A DNA stretch of 64,000 bases from an uncultured Flavobacteriaceae bacterium (GCA_964432535.1 CAYSNJ010000008.1:1588-65587); one strand, 5' to 3'; positions 38,164 through 48,270 are shown, numbered from the stretch's first letter. Program-made: numbers and translations. Notes: generated from the sequence alone by a model not told the origin.

Positions 38164-39425
38164 GTTTAAATATAGAAACAAATGCTCTTCATTCAGGGCA
38201 CGACACAAATAATACACAAGGAACAAGAGCTGTTCCAATATACCAATCAACATCATATAAATTCCGGAATTCAGATCACGCAGCAAAATTATTTTCATTG
38301 GCTGAACCAGGATATATTTATACAAGGTTAAATAATCCTACAAACGATATTCTTGAAAAAAGGTTAGCTGACTTAGAAGGTGGAATTGCAGCAGTTTCCA
38401 CTGCTTCTGGAACTTCTGCTATTTCAACAGCACTTCTTACCCTTCTTAAGTCAGGAGATCATATTGTTGCATCCAATAGTCTTTATGGAGGCACATACAA
38501 TATGCTGAGTAATATGCTTCCTAGATTTGGCATAACTACTACTTTTGTAGATCCAGATAATCCGTTAAATTTTAAATCTGCTACAAAAAAAAACACAAGA
38601 GTTTATTACTCTGAGTCACTTGGGAATCCAAAGCTAGATGTAATTGATTTAAGTGCAATTTCTAAACTAGCTAAACAGGTTAAGGTTCCATTTTTTGTTG
38701 ATAATACAGTAGCAACTCCTTATTTACTGAATCCAATTAAATATGGAGCAAATATTGTAATACATTCTACCACAAAATATATAAATGGAAACGGAACTGC
38801 ATTAGGCGGAATAATAATTGATGCTGGTACTTTTGACTACGGAAATGGATTATTCCCAGAACTTAATCAACCTTCCCCTAGTTATCATGGGTTAAATTAT
38901 CATGAGACACTTGGTCCAGCAGCTTACATAGCCAGGGTTAGGACTGAGGGATTAAGAGATATAGGTGCTTCGGCTAGCCCATTTAATAGCTTTCAAATTA
39001 TACAAGGTCTAGAAACTTTAGCAATAAGAATGCAACAACATTCTAAGAGTGCTCTTACTATTGCTAAATGGCTTCAAAATGAAGAAAAAGTTTCTTGGGT
39101 AAATTATCCTGGATTATCAACAAGTAAATATAATAAATTAGCCATGAAATATTTACCTAAGGGACAAAGTGGAATTCTCACTTTTGGCCTTAAAGCTGGT
39201 TTTGATGCAAGCAAAAAAGTTGCTGATAACACAAAAATATTTTCTTTACTAGCAAATATTGGTGATTCAAAATCTTTGATTATTCATCCAGCAAGTACAA
39301 CTCATTCTCAACTTTCGTCAGAGGAACAGAAAAGTACAGGAGTAACTGATGATTTAGTTCGATTATCAATTGGTTTAGAAAATGTAGAAGATTTGATTTT
39401 GGATTTAAAACAGGCAATTTCTTAA
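38160..39425 (+). CDS. metY: O-acetylhomoserine aminocarboxypropyltransferase (sulfhydrylase)
   Basis: 421 aa of the Cys/Met-metabolism PLP family, with the ...HSTTKYINGNG... PLP-lysine region. Its start overlaps the metK stop. Confidence 0.88.
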   Translation: MSLNIETNALHSGHDTNNTQGTRAVPIYQSTSYKFRNSDHAAKLFSLAEPGYIYTRLNNPTNDILEKRLADLEGGIAAVSTASGTSAISTALLTLLKSGDHIVASNSLYGGTYNMLSNMLPRFGITTTFVDPDNPLNFKSATKKNTRVYYSESLGNPKLDVIDLSAISKLAKQVKVPFFVDNTVATPYLLNPIKYGANIVIHSTTKYINGNGTALGGIIIDAGTFDYGNGLFPELNQPSPSYHGLNYHETLGPAAYIARVRTEGLRDIGASASPFNSFQIIQGLETLAIRMQQHSKSALTIAKWLQNEEKVSWVNYPGLSTSKYNKLAMKYLPKGQSGILTFGLKAGFDASKKVADNTKIFSLLANIGDSKSLIIHPASTTHSQLSSEEQKSTGVTDDLVRLSIGLENVEDLILDLKQAIS

Positions 39426-39436
39426 ATACACAAATA

Positions 39437-40393
39437 TTGCCAACAAATCAATTAAATTCATTAGATGTAGAAATTTTAGAGGAACAAATGAAGGTTTCTT
39501 TAACATACTTTATTAGGGGTCCAGATATTGGCAAATCACCCATTATTTTAATTAATCATCCTTTAACAGCGAATGCTAAATTTTCTGGAGCTGATGGTTG
39601 GTGGAACGAAATAGTTGGATCAAATAAAGTAATTGATACAAATATTTATACTGTAATCTCATTTAATATTCCGGGAAATGGAATCGATTCACATAAATGG
39701 AAGTCCATTGAAAAAATTCATACTGGACATATTGCCAAATTATTTATTAGTGGATTAAATAAATTAGGAATTAATCGTCTTTTCGCTTTAATTGGAGGAT
39801 CAATAGGTGGAGGTATTTTATGGGAAATGGCAGTACTTGCCCCTAATTTATCAAAATACTTAATTCCAATTGCTTCAGATTGGAAATCAACAGACTGGAT
39901 AATAGCAAATACTTTTATTCAAAAACAAATATTAAAAAATTCAAAAAATCCTATCGTAGATGCAAGAATGCATGCTATGCTTTTATACAGGACACCAGAA
40001 TCATTTAGTCTTCGATTTGCTCGAAGTCAAAATGAACATAAAAAAATATTTAATATTGAAAGTTGGTTGTTACATCATGGTCAAGTTCTTAAAGATAGAT
40101 TTACTTTAAAGGGATACCTTACTGTGAATCATTTGCTAGGTAGTATCAATATCCTAAGAGATAATCAGAATTTTGATGTTTTAACTGAATTAATATCTTC
40201 AGAAATCCACTTAATCTCTATTAATTCTGATTTATTATTTCTTGCTAGTGAAGATAAACAAACTTTTAAAAGACTCAATAAACTTAAAAAAAAGTGTTTT
40301 TACTATGAAATAAATTCAGTTCACGGTCATGATGCATTTTTAATTGAAAACAAACAGGTTATAAATATTTTAAGTACTATTTTTAAAAAATAA
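39437..40393 (+). CDS. metX: homoserine O-acetyltransferase (alpha/beta hydrolase; apparent TTG start)
   Basis: 318 aa with the nucleophile elbow GGSIGGG and the C-terminal ...VHGHDAFLIE typical of MetX. It sits in the met cluster. Confidence 0.75.
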   Translation: MPTNQLNSLDVEILEEQMKVSLTYFIRGPDIGKSPIILINHPLTANAKFSGADGWWNEIVGSNKVIDTNIYTVISFNIPGNGIDSHKWKSIEKIHTGHIAKLFISGLNKLGINRLFALIGGSIGGGILWEMAVLAPNLSKYLIPIASDWKSTDWIIANTFIQKQILKNSKNPIVDARMHAMLLYRTPESFSLRFARSQNEHKKIFNIESWLLHHGQVLKDRFTLKGYLTVNHLLGSINILRDNQNFDVLTELISSEIHLISINSDLLFLASEDKQTFKRLNKLKKKCFYYEINSVHGHDAFLIENKQVINILSTIFKK

Positions 40394-40404
40394 ATTTATT
40401 GGTA

Positions 40405-40833
40405 ATGGAGGTATTTTTAGAAAGAATAAACAATGATTATTTATTTGAGGTTTCAAACTCAAAAGGTCGGAGAGTTCTGTTGGATAACAACTCAAAAAAA
40501 GAAGGTAGCGTTAAAGGTATTAGTCCAATGGAGCTATTACTAATGGGTTTGGCTGGCTGCAGCAGTATCGACGTTGTTGCGATTTTGAACAAACAAAAAA
40601 TTAACCCAACTTCAATTAAGATGGAAGTAAAGGGACAAAGATTACCTGATGCAGTTCCTGCACTATTTCACACAATCAATGTTGATGTAATTTTAGAGGG
40701 AGATTTTTCTCCTGAAAAGGCAAAACGAGCTGTAGACCTGTCTTTTGAAAAATATTGTTCAGTTTCCAAAACTCTTGAGCCTACTGCGAAAATTATCTAC
40801 AAGATATTTTTGAATGGAAATAAAATACATTAA
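40405..40833 (+). CDS. OsmC-family peroxiredoxin-like protein
   Basis: About 142 aa with two conserved Cys contexts (...LAGCSSIDV... and ...KYCSVSKTL...). ATG 40405 is preferred over TTG 40399. Confidence 0.8.
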   Translation: MEVFLERINNDYLFEVSNSKGRRVLLDNNSKKEGSVKGISPMELLLMGLAGCSSIDVVAILNKQKINPTSIKMEVKGQRLPDAVPALFHTINVDVILEGDFSPEKAKRAVDLSFEKYCSVSKTLEPTAKIIYKIFLNGNKIH

Positions 40834-41726
40834 TTGACCGTTAGATTTTTAAATACTTCTTCAAGTGTTTGATTTTTGGTCTCTAGATTTAATATTTTTA
40901 GTTTATTATCATGAGCAAAATCAAATACTTTACTTCTTTGATCCATACTGGTTTTAAATAGAATTTCATATTCAAAATCAAAAGTATTCTTAACGCTTTC
41001 AACAAACTCAAGTTTTGCTAGTGCTTCAGTTTCAACTCTATAATCAAATGTGACTTTAATAATTTGTTCGTTAATATTTTTTAGTTTTTTTATTGGTGAA
41101 TCTAAAATGATTTCTCCTTTATGGAGTAGAATGATTCTATCACAGAAAGCCTCAGCTTCCTGTAAAATATGTGTTGAAAAAAATACTATTTTTTCTTTTC
41201 CTAATTTTTTGATTAGCCCACGAACTTCTATTAATTGATTGGGATCAAGTCCTGTTGTTGGTTCATCAAGAATAATGAGTTCAGGATTATGAATTATTGC
41301 TGCAGCAATTCCAACTCTTTGTTTATATCCTTTTGAAAGTTTTTCAATTTTATAATTTTTATATTCCTCTAAACCTGTAACTGAAAGTATATTATTAAGG
41401 TTTGGATTTCTTACTTTATAAAGTCCAGCAATAAACAATAAATACTCCGAAACTAGTAGTTCACCGTAAAGAGGGTTGTTTTCCGGGAGATATCCCGTCA
41501 TTTTTTGAATTTCAATGAGTTTTTGTTTCAAGTCTAAACCATTCATTGAGATATTTCCGTCCCATTTAAGATTTATACCAGTAAGTATTTTCATTAATGT
41601 GGTTTTTCCTGCACCGTTCATGCCAAGGAGCCCAATGATTTCACCCTTTTTACAATTCAAAGAAAGATTTGATAAAACCCTTTTTGTTCCGTAATATTTA
41701 TTTAAGTTTTGAATTAAAAGTCCCAT
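40830..41726 (-). CDS. ABC transporter ATP-binding protein, orphan, GldA-like
   Basis: 298 aa with Walker A GMNGAGKTT, signature LSKGYKQR and Walker B LIILDEP. There is no adjacent permease, as for flavobacterial gldA. The assignment is tentative. Confidence 0.6.
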   Translation of the reverse strand: MGLLIQNLNKYYGTKRVLSNLSLNCKKGEIIGLLGMNGAGKTTLMKILTGINLKWDGNISMNGLDLKQKLIEIQKMTGYLPENNPLYGELLVSEYLLFIAGLYKVRNPNLNNILSVTGLEEYKNYKIEKLSKGYKQRVGIAAAIIHNPELIILDEPTTGLDPNQLIEVRGLIKKLGKEKIVFFSTHILQEAEAFCDRIILLHKGEIILDSPIKKLKNINEQIIKVTFDYRVETEALAKLEFVESVKNTFDFEYEILFKTSMDQRSKVFDFAHDNKLKILNLETKNQTLEEVFKNLTVN

Positions 41727-41815
41727 TATTTCGTTGTAAAAATATATGATTTTAATTAAATTGTGGGAGTAATCTTTTGTTATATATTGATTTAATTATA
41801 AATTTCTTATAAAAA

Positions 41816-41846
41816 CTTGTTTATTTCAAAAGTGATTTTAAATTTG
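41816..41846 (+). promoter_or_regulatory. Bacteroidota-type promoter for the phe/tyr leader
   Basis: cTTG at 41816-19, a 19-nt spacer, then TAAATTTG at 41839-46 (TAnnTTTG). It ends 17 nt before the leader ATG. Confidence 0.5.
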
Positions 41847-41863
41847 TATTAATTATAATTTCA

Positions 41864-41920
41864 ATGACTTCTACATTTTTTTACTATTATGACTTTTTCT
41901 ACTTCTTTACAAAAGAGTGA
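41864..41920 (+). CDS. putative Phe/Tyr-rich attenuator leader peptide (18 codons)
   Basis: My translation is atg act tct aca ttt ttt tac tat tat gac ttt ttc tac ttc ttt aca aaa gag tga = MTSTFFYYYDFFYFFTKE. That is 6 Phe and 4 Tyr within 11 consecutive codons. Confidence 0.65.
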   Translation: MTSTFFYYYDFFYFFTKE

Positions 41921-41955
41921 AGGGCATTGTAGTAATTAAATTTATAAATACATAC

Positions 41956-41984
41956 AGTCCTGATTAAATCAGGACTTTTTTTTT
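41956..41984 (+). terminator. intrinsic terminator (attenuator stem 3:4) abutting the pheA start codon
   Basis: Stem AGTCCTGA (41956-63) / TCAGGACT (41969-76) with a 5-nt loop, then a T8 run at 41977-84 that runs directly into ATG 41985. Confidence 0.75.
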
Positions 41985-42815
41985 ATGACTGATAAAAATA
42001 AAATAGCGATTCAAGGGATAGAAGGTTCATTTCATCATGCAGTCGCCATGTCCTATTTTGACTCTGGTTTTAGTGTAGACTGCTGTAATTCATTTGATGC
42101 CCTAGTTTTTTCTATTTTAAATAATGATTCGAGTCATGGAGTGATGGCAATTGAAAATTCTATAGCAGGCTCTATTATTTCAAATTACGCATTAATAGAT
42201 CAAAACAACCTCAATATTGTTGGTGAGTGTTATCATCAAATTCAGCATTCTCTTTTGGCGCTACCTAATCAAAGTATTGATGAAATACATGAGGTCCATT
42301 CTCATCCTATGGCCCTTTTACAGTGTAAAGAATTTTTTTCTAATTATCCAAATATAAAGCTTGTTGAGTCTGATGATACTGCTAACGCAGCTAAAGAAAT
42401 CTTCACAAATCAAATACATAAAAGAGCAGCTATTGCCAGTAAGTCTGCTGCTCACTTATACAGTTTAAACATTCTAAAAAACTCAATACAAACCATAAAT
42501 AATAATGTAACTAGATTTGTGATTATCCAAAAAAAATCTCCCTTGATAAAATTAGATTATAATAAGGCTGCACTTAAATTTATCTTAGATCATAAAAGAG
42601 GTAGTTTAGCAGCTGTGTTAAATGTAATGAGTGATTGTAAACTTAATTTAACTAAGATTCAATCTTTACCAATAATTGAAATCCCTGGAAAGTATTCTTT
42701 TTTTGTAGACGTAACTTTTGATTCTGAATCTTTCTTTGAAAAAGCATATTCAATTTTAGAAATAATGACGTTAGAACTAAAGGTTTTTGGAAAATATAAC
42801 AATGAAAAAAAATAA
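41985..42815 (+). CDS. pheA: prephenate dehydratase
   Basis: 276 aa with ...IAIQGIEGSFHHAVA... and ...TRFVII... motifs and a C-terminal ACT-like region. Confidence 0.9.
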   Translation: MTDKNKIAIQGIEGSFHHAVAMSYFDSGFSVDCCNSFDALVFSILNNDSSHGVMAIENSIAGSIISNYALIDQNNLNIVGECYHQIQHSLLALPNQSIDEIHEVHSHPMALLQCKEFFSNYPNIKLVESDDTANAAKEIFTNQIHKRAAIASKSAAHLYSLNILKNSIQTINNNVTRFVIIQKKSPLIKLDYNKAALKFILDHKRGSLAAVLNVMSDCKLNLTKIQSLPIIEIPGKYSFFVDVTFDSESFFEKAYSILEIMTLELKVFGKYNNEKK

Positions 42816-42816
42816 T

Positions 42817-43956
42817 ATGCCTGCTAAAAGATTAAATAGTGTTAAAGAATACTATTTTTCCTCAAAATTAAGGGAGGTAGGATCTCTGATAAAATCAGGA
42901 AAGGCAATTATAAATTTGGGTATTGGCAGTCCAGACCTATTACCATCAAATGATGTTATATCTTCTTTGGTAGAAAGTGTTAGTGATTCTAATGCCCATC
43001 AATATCAATCATATCAAGGTATCCCAGAGTTTAGACAAGCAATTTCTGTTTTTTATAAATCCCATTATAAGGTTGAATTAAACCCCAAAGATGAGGTGTT
43101 GCCTTTAATTGGTTCCAAGGAAGGAATTATGCACATAAGCATGGCTTTTTTAAATCCAGGAGATCAAGTTTTAATTCCTAATCCTGGATATCCTACATAT
43201 TCATCAGTTACAAAATTATTAGAAGCTGAACCAATTTTATACAATCTAAAAGAATTTGATGGTTGGTTGCCAAGTTTAAAATTGTTGGAAAAAATGGATT
43301 TATCAAAAGTTAAAATAATGTGGATAAACTATCCACATATGCCTACAGGTTCTGAAGTGAATGATAGTTTTTTTGATGATCTTATTTCTTTTGCTAAAAG
43401 AAATAATATTTTAGTGGTAAATGATAATCCATATAGTTTTATTTTAACAAAACATCCAAAAAGTTTTTTATCTCATAATGGTGCAATTGATGTTGGTATG
43501 GAGCTTAATTCATTGAGTAAATCGTTTAATATGGCAGGTTGGAGAGTCGGAATGTTGCTTGGAAGCCAATCTAATATTAAATCTGTATTGAAGGTAAAAT
43601 CTAATATGGACTCAGGCATGTTTTATGGAGTTCAAAAGGGAGCTATAAAAGCATTGAGTCTTGATAAAAAATGGTTTTACGATTTAAATAAGATTTATGA
43701 GGAAAGAAGAGAGGTTGCCTGGAAAATTGCAGATAAATTAAAAACAACTTACAATAAAAATGCAGTTGGTCTTTTTATTTGGGCAAGGCTTCCTGATAGT
43801 ATTGAAAATCCAGATGTATTAATTGATGAATTATTATATAAAAAAAATATTTTTATAACACCAGGTAAAATATTTGGATCTCAAGGAGAAAGATACATTA
43901 GGATTTCTTTGTGTTCAAGTACATTAAAACTTAAGGAGGCACTCAATCGTTTATAA
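42817..43956 (+). CDS. class I/II PLP-dependent aminotransferase (probable aromatic/prephenate aminotransferase by context)
   Basis: MPAKRLNSVKEYYFS... with a PLP-Lys region ...NSLSKSFNMAGWRVG... ATG 42817 lies 1 nt after the pheA stop, whereas the ORF-track start at 42787 is a TTG inside pheA. Confidence 0.8.
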   Translation: MPAKRLNSVKEYYFSSKLREVGSLIKSGKAIINLGIGSPDLLPSNDVISSLVESVSDSNAHQYQSYQGIPEFRQAISVFYKSHYKVELNPKDEVLPLIGSKEGIMHISMAFLNPGDQVLIPNPGYPTYSSVTKLLEAEPILYNLKEFDGWLPSLKLLEKMDLSKVKIMWINYPHMPTGSEVNDSFFDDLISFAKRNNILVVNDNPYSFILTKHPKSFLSHNGAIDVGMELNSLSKSFNMAGWRVGMLLGSQSNIKSVLKVKSNMDSGMFYGVQKGAIKALSLDKKWFYDLNKIYEERREVAWKIADKLKTTYNKNAVGLFIWARLPDSIENPDVLIDELLYKKNIFITPGKIFGSQGERYIRISLCSSTLKLKEALNRL

Positions 43957-43958
43957 AT

Positions 43959-44810
43959 ATGAGAGTAGGAATTGCAGGTGTTGGTTTAATCGGAGGATCT
44001 TTAGCTATTCAAGTAAGGAAACTTTTTGATAATGTAATAATTTCAGGATATGATTCCTCTAAATTACATTTAAAACAGTCACTTGAAATTGGTTTAATTG
44101 ATGAAATTATTTCAGAAAAAGATTTTATTAATTTGGATATTCTTTTACTTGCTTATCCAGTTAAACATATAACTAATCAGTTAAATTCGGTCTTAGATAT
44201 GGTTGGAGTCAATACTCTTGTTATTGATTTTGGTTCAACAAAATCTAAAATATGTAGAAATATTTCTTCTCATTCAAAAAGATCACAATTTCTAGCAACA
44301 CATCCTATAGCTGGAACAGAATTTTCAGGACCAAATTCTGCTAATAAAGACCTGTTTAAAGGAAAGGTGCAAATTATATGTGAGTCGCACAAGACTAAAA
44401 GTGATTTATTGAATTGGGCTCTGAATTTTTTCTCATCTATTGGTATGATTATTAAAAAAATGAACCCTGAAGAACATGATAAACACATAGCGTATGTTTC
44501 GCACTTATCACATATTTCCTCTTTTATTTTAGGACAGACAGTTTTAGAAAAAGAAAAAGATGAATCAGCTATTTTTGCAATGGCTGGAAGTGGATTTGCT
44601 TCTACAGTTAGATTAGCAAAAAGCTCTCCAAACACATGGAGTTCTATTTTCGAAGAAAACAGAGAAAACATTCTCGAATCTTTAAAACACTATCTTTCAA
44701 ACTTAGAAGACTTCAAGGATTTTTTAGAGAATGAAAATTATAAAAAAATATATACCACAATTGAGAAAACGAATGCTATTAAAAGAGTTCTAAAAGGTAT
44801 TAAGAAATAA
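43959..44810 (+). CDS. tyrA: prephenate dehydrogenase
   Basis: 283 aa with the N-terminal Rossmann motif GVGLIGGSLA and ...ATHPIAGTE... Confidence 0.88.
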   Translation: MRVGIAGVGLIGGSLAIQVRKLFDNVIISGYDSSKLHLKQSLEIGLIDEIISEKDFINLDILLLAYPVKHITNQLNSVLDMVGVNTLVIDFGSTKSKICRNISSHSKRSQFLATHPIAGTEFSGPNSANKDLFKGKVQIICESHKTKSDLLNWALNFFSSIGMIIKKMNPEEHDKHIAYVSHLSHISSFILGQTVLEKEKDESAIFAMAGSGFASTVRLAKSSPNTWSSIFEENRENILESLKHYLSNLEDFKDFLENENYKKIYTTIEKTNAIKRVLKGIKK

Positions 44811-44823
44811 AATAAATATTAAA

Positions 44824-45906
44824 ATGGTAAATCAAATTAATTTAAAAAAATGGCTTCAAGATTTTAAACTTGATCATCCTTTGGTTATTGGAGGGCCTTG
44901 TAGTGCAGAAACTGAAGAACAAGTATTAAAGATAGCTCATCAATTGAAGGATTCTGACGTTACAGTATATAGGGCAGGGATTTGGAAGCCAAGAACACGT
45001 CCTGGGAATTTTGAAGGAGTCGGAGCTATTGGTTTAGGATGGTTAAAGAAAGTAAAAGAACAAACAGGTCTTTTAATAGCTACTGAAGTTGCAAACGCAA
45101 ATCATTGTAAGCTCGCTCTTGAGGCTGACATTGATGTTCTATGGATTGGTGCCAGGTCAACCGTAAGTCCTTTTATAGTTCAAGAAATTGCTGATGCATT
45201 AAAGGGGACGGATAAAATTGTTTTGGTGAAAAATCCTGTAAACCCAGATCTTGACTTGTGGCTTGGAGGTGTTGAAAGATTATATAAGTCTGATATTAAA
45301 AAACTTGGTGTTATTCATCGTGGTTTTTCAACTTCAAGCAAGTCAAAGTATAGGAATCAACCTGAATGGCAAATTGCAATTGAGCTTCAAAATAAATTTC
45401 CAGATTTACCAATTATATGTGATCCTTCTCATATATCAGGAAGAAGAGATCTTATTTTTGATATAAGTCAAAGGGCTTTAGATTTAAATTTTGACGGATT
45501 AATGGTAGAGTCACATTATGATCCAGATATAGCCTGGAGCGATGCAAAACAACAAATCACTCCTGAAACCTTGATTCAATATATGAAGGATTGGAAAATA
45601 AGAAATATAACTACTACCGAGGAAAGTTACCAGAGTAGCTTAAAAAATTTAAGAGCAAAAATTGATGTGATCGACCAATCACTTCTTGATCTTCTTGGGG
45701 AAAGGATGAAAGTTGCTGAGGGCATCGGAGAGTTAAAGAAAACAAAAAATGTTGCAGTTCTTCAAAATAAAAGATGGAATGAGATTTTAGGTAAAATGAT
45801 TTTAGAAGGAGAAGAAAGAGATTTAAGTGAAGAATTTATTTTAAGAATGTTTAAAGCTATTCATCAAGAATCTATAAATCATCAACAAGCTATTTATAAA
45901 AAATAA
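44824..45906 (+). CDS. bifunctional 3-deoxy-7-phosphoheptulonate (DAHP) synthase / chorismate mutase
   Basis: 360 aa. The N-terminal two-thirds are type I-beta DAHPS/KDOPS-like (...GPCSAE...CDPSH...). The C-terminal ~90 aa are an AroQ-type chorismate mutase helix pattern (...LRAKIDVIDQSLLDLLGERMKVAEGIGELKK...). Confidence 0.85.
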   Translation: MVNQINLKKWLQDFKLDHPLVIGGPCSAETEEQVLKIAHQLKDSDVTVYRAGIWKPRTRPGNFEGVGAIGLGWLKKVKEQTGLLIATEVANANHCKLALEADIDVLWIGARSTVSPFIVQEIADALKGTDKIVLVKNPVNPDLDLWLGGVERLYKSDIKKLGVIHRGFSTSSKSKYRNQPEWQIAIELQNKFPDLPIICDPSHISGRRDLIFDISQRALDLNFDGLMVESHYDPDIAWSDAKQQITPETLIQYMKDWKIRNITTTEESYQSSLKNLRAKIDVIDQSLLDLLGERMKVAEGIGELKKTKNVAVLQNKRWNEILGKMILEGEERDLSEEFILRMFKAIHQESINHQQAIYKK

Positions 45907-47100
45907 CTACTGCATTAATGAACTCTTAATTTGCTGACAAGCCATTTTAATTTGGTTAGAAGATGCTGCATATGATATTCGAATACAGTTTGGATTTCCA
46001 AATGCTTCTCCACTAACAGTTGCAACATGAGCTTTTTGTAAAAGAAATAAAGAAAAATCAGAAGAATTATTTATATTTTTTCCATTGATATTTTTTCCAA
46101 AATAAGATGAAATATCTGGAAAAATATAAAAAGCTCCCTCGGGTTTGTTTAAATTAAACCCTTTTATCCCACTCAATAGTCTGGTGATTAAATCTCTTCT
46201 TTTTTTGAATTCATTAACCATATATTTAATATTATCTACCGATCCGTCTAGAGCAGCTATTGTAGCTCTTTGGGCTATACAATTAGCTCCACTTGTTATC
46301 TGACCTTGCATCTTGTTACATGCTTTTGCGATCCATTCAGGCGCCCCAATATAACCAATTCTCCAACCAGTCATTGCAAATGCTTTAGCAACGCCATTGA
46401 CAGTTATAGTACGATCGTACATTTTTGTAATGGATGCAAAACTAAATACAGATTTTCCATAATTTATGTGTTCATATATCTCATCTGATATAATATATAT
46501 ATTTGGATATTTTTCTAAAACTTTTGCAAGATTTCTATACTCAGACTCCGAATATATTGATCCGCTGGGATTATTAGGTGAGTTAAAAATAACCATTCTA
46601 GTTTTTGGAGTAATTGCACCTTCAAGTTGCTCAGGAGTTATTTTAAAATCAGTTTCAATATTAGAGGGAATAACTACAGATTTCGCTTCTGATAATGTTG
46701 CTATTGCTGAATAGCTTACCCAGTAAGGAGCTGGTAAAAGCACTTCATCTCCAGGATTCAGTAGAACCATACAAACATTAGCAATTGATTGTTTAGCTCC
46801 TGTGGAGACAACAATTTGGTTCAACTCATAATTTAAATTATTGTCACGTTTAAATTTATTAGAAATAGACTCCTTAAGATCTACATAACCATCTACAGGA
46901 GAATAAGAGTTGTAATTATCATTTACTGCTTGGATAGCAGCATTTTTAATAAATTCTGGAGTATTAAAATCGGGTTCTCCAAGACTTAGTCCAATAATAT
47001 CAACTCCCTTTTCTTTTAACTCTCTTGCTTTTGATGCCATTGCAAGAGTTGCGGAGATTGGTAGACTATTAATCCTGTCAGATAAATTTTTCATAATCAT
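45907..47100 (-). CDS. aspartate/aromatic-type class I aminotransferase
   Basis: 397 aa with ...NSPNNPSG... and ...NGVAKAFAMTGWRIGY... (PLP Lys). Confidence 0.88.
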   Translation of the reverse strand: MIMKNLSDRINSLPISATLAMASKARELKEKGVDIIGLSLGEPDFNTPEFIKNAAIQAVNDNYNSYSPVDGYVDLKESISNKFKRDNNLNYELNQIVVSTGAKQSIANVCMVLLNPGDEVLLPAPYWVSYSAIATLSEAKSVVIPSNIETDFKITPEQLEGAITPKTRMVIFNSPNNPSGSIYSESEYRNLAKVLEKYPNIYIISDEIYEHINYGKSVFSFASITKMYDRTITVNGVAKAFAMTGWRIGYIGAPEWIAKACNKMQGQITSGANCIAQRATIAALDGSVDNIKYMVNEFKKRRDLITRLLSGIKGFNLNKPEGAFYIFPDISSYFGKNINGKNINNSSDFSLFLLQKAHVATVSGEAFGNPNCIRISYAASSNQIKMACQQIKSSLMQ

Positions 47101-48207
47101 CTAGACTTTTAATGCTATTGGTTGAACCCCCATTTTTCTTAAATATTTAAAATGTGAAAAAAGAGCACTTCCAATGTCTTTATACTCTATGTAAGGTAAA
47201 TTAAATTCTTTTGCAGTTTCTTTAACAATTTTAGCTATATCACTATAATGTATATGACTAATGTTTGGGAAAATATGATGTTCGATTTGATGATTTAATC
47301 CCCCTGTAAACCAATTAATAAAAACATTTTTATTTGCAAAATTAACCGTTGTAAAAAGTTGATGAATTGCCCAAGTATTTTTCATTGTTCCGGTTTCTTT
47401 ATCTGGAAGAGGCATTTGAGCATCTTCAATTATGTGCGCAAGTTGAAAAACAAGACTAAGGATTAAGCCAGCTGTGTAATGCATAATAAAAAAACCCAAT
47501 AAAACTTTCCACCATTGAATATCAAGAAAAATAATTGGAAAAATTATCCAGATTCCAAAATACAGAAACTTAGTAATTATAAGAATAATCCATTGTCTGA
47601 GAGGTTGAAGTTTTTTTCGATAAGTTAATTTTTGTTTTAAATATTTCCTAGTTTGTTTGATGTCAGTGGTTATAGACCAATTAATGGTTAATAGTCCATA
47701 AAGAAATATAGAGTAAATATGCTGAAAACGGTGGAAAGCAGACCATTTACTGTGTTTTGAAAAACGGATTATTCTCCCAGCTTCCAAATCTTCGTCGTGA
47801 CCATGAATATTTGTATATGTATGATGAAGCATATTATGTTGAACTTTCCAGTTATGAACATTCCCTGCTAATATGTATATACTTGACCCCATTAATTTAT
47901 TCACCCAATTTTTCTTAGAAAAAGACCCATGATTACCGTCATGCATAACATTCATACCTACTCCTGCCATTCCAATTCCCATAACGACACATAGTCCTAT
48001 TTTAATCCATGGATTTAATTCAGTAAATAAAATAAAAAAATAAGGTGTTAAAAAAAGTAAAAACATAATTAATGTCTTTAAGTAAAGTTTCCAATTCCCA
48101 GTCTTGGATTTATTTAATTCTTTAAAATGATCATTAACACGTTTATTTAGCGTTATAAAAAATTTCTTTGAATCTTTTCTAGAGAAACGTAACGACATAT
48201 TTTCCAT
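47101..48207 (-). CDS. membrane fatty-acid desaturase
   Basis: 368 aa with three His boxes (HDGNHG, HNMLHH, HQIEHHIFP) and TM helices. Confidence 0.85.
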   Translation of the reverse strand: MENMSLRFSRKDSKKFFITLNKRVNDHFKELNKSKTGNWKLYLKTLIMFLLFLTPYFFILFTELNPWIKIGLCVVMGIGMAGVGMNVMHDGNHGSFSKKNWVNKLMGSSIYILAGNVHNWKVQHNMLHHTYTNIHGHDEDLEAGRIIRFSKHSKWSAFHRFQHIYSIFLYGLLTINWSITTDIKQTRKYLKQKLTYRKKLQPLRQWIILIITKFLYFGIWIIFPIIFLDIQWWKVLLGFFIMHYTAGLILSLVFQLAHIIEDAQMPLPDKETGTMKNTWAIHQLFTTVNFANKNVFINWFTGGLNHQIEHHIFPNISHIHYSDIAKIVKETAKEFNLPYIEYKDIGSALFSHFKYLRKMGVQPIALKV

Positions 48208-48270
48208 ATAATTATAATTTTATTTAAAGTAATTTAAAACACAAGTTATATTTTAGCCAAAAATAATCTA

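Noticed and set aside
44270-44671. 133-aa minus-strand ORF inside tyrA
   Set aside because: It is a shadow ORF. tyrA on the plus strand has clear Rossmann and catalytic motifs and sits in operon context.
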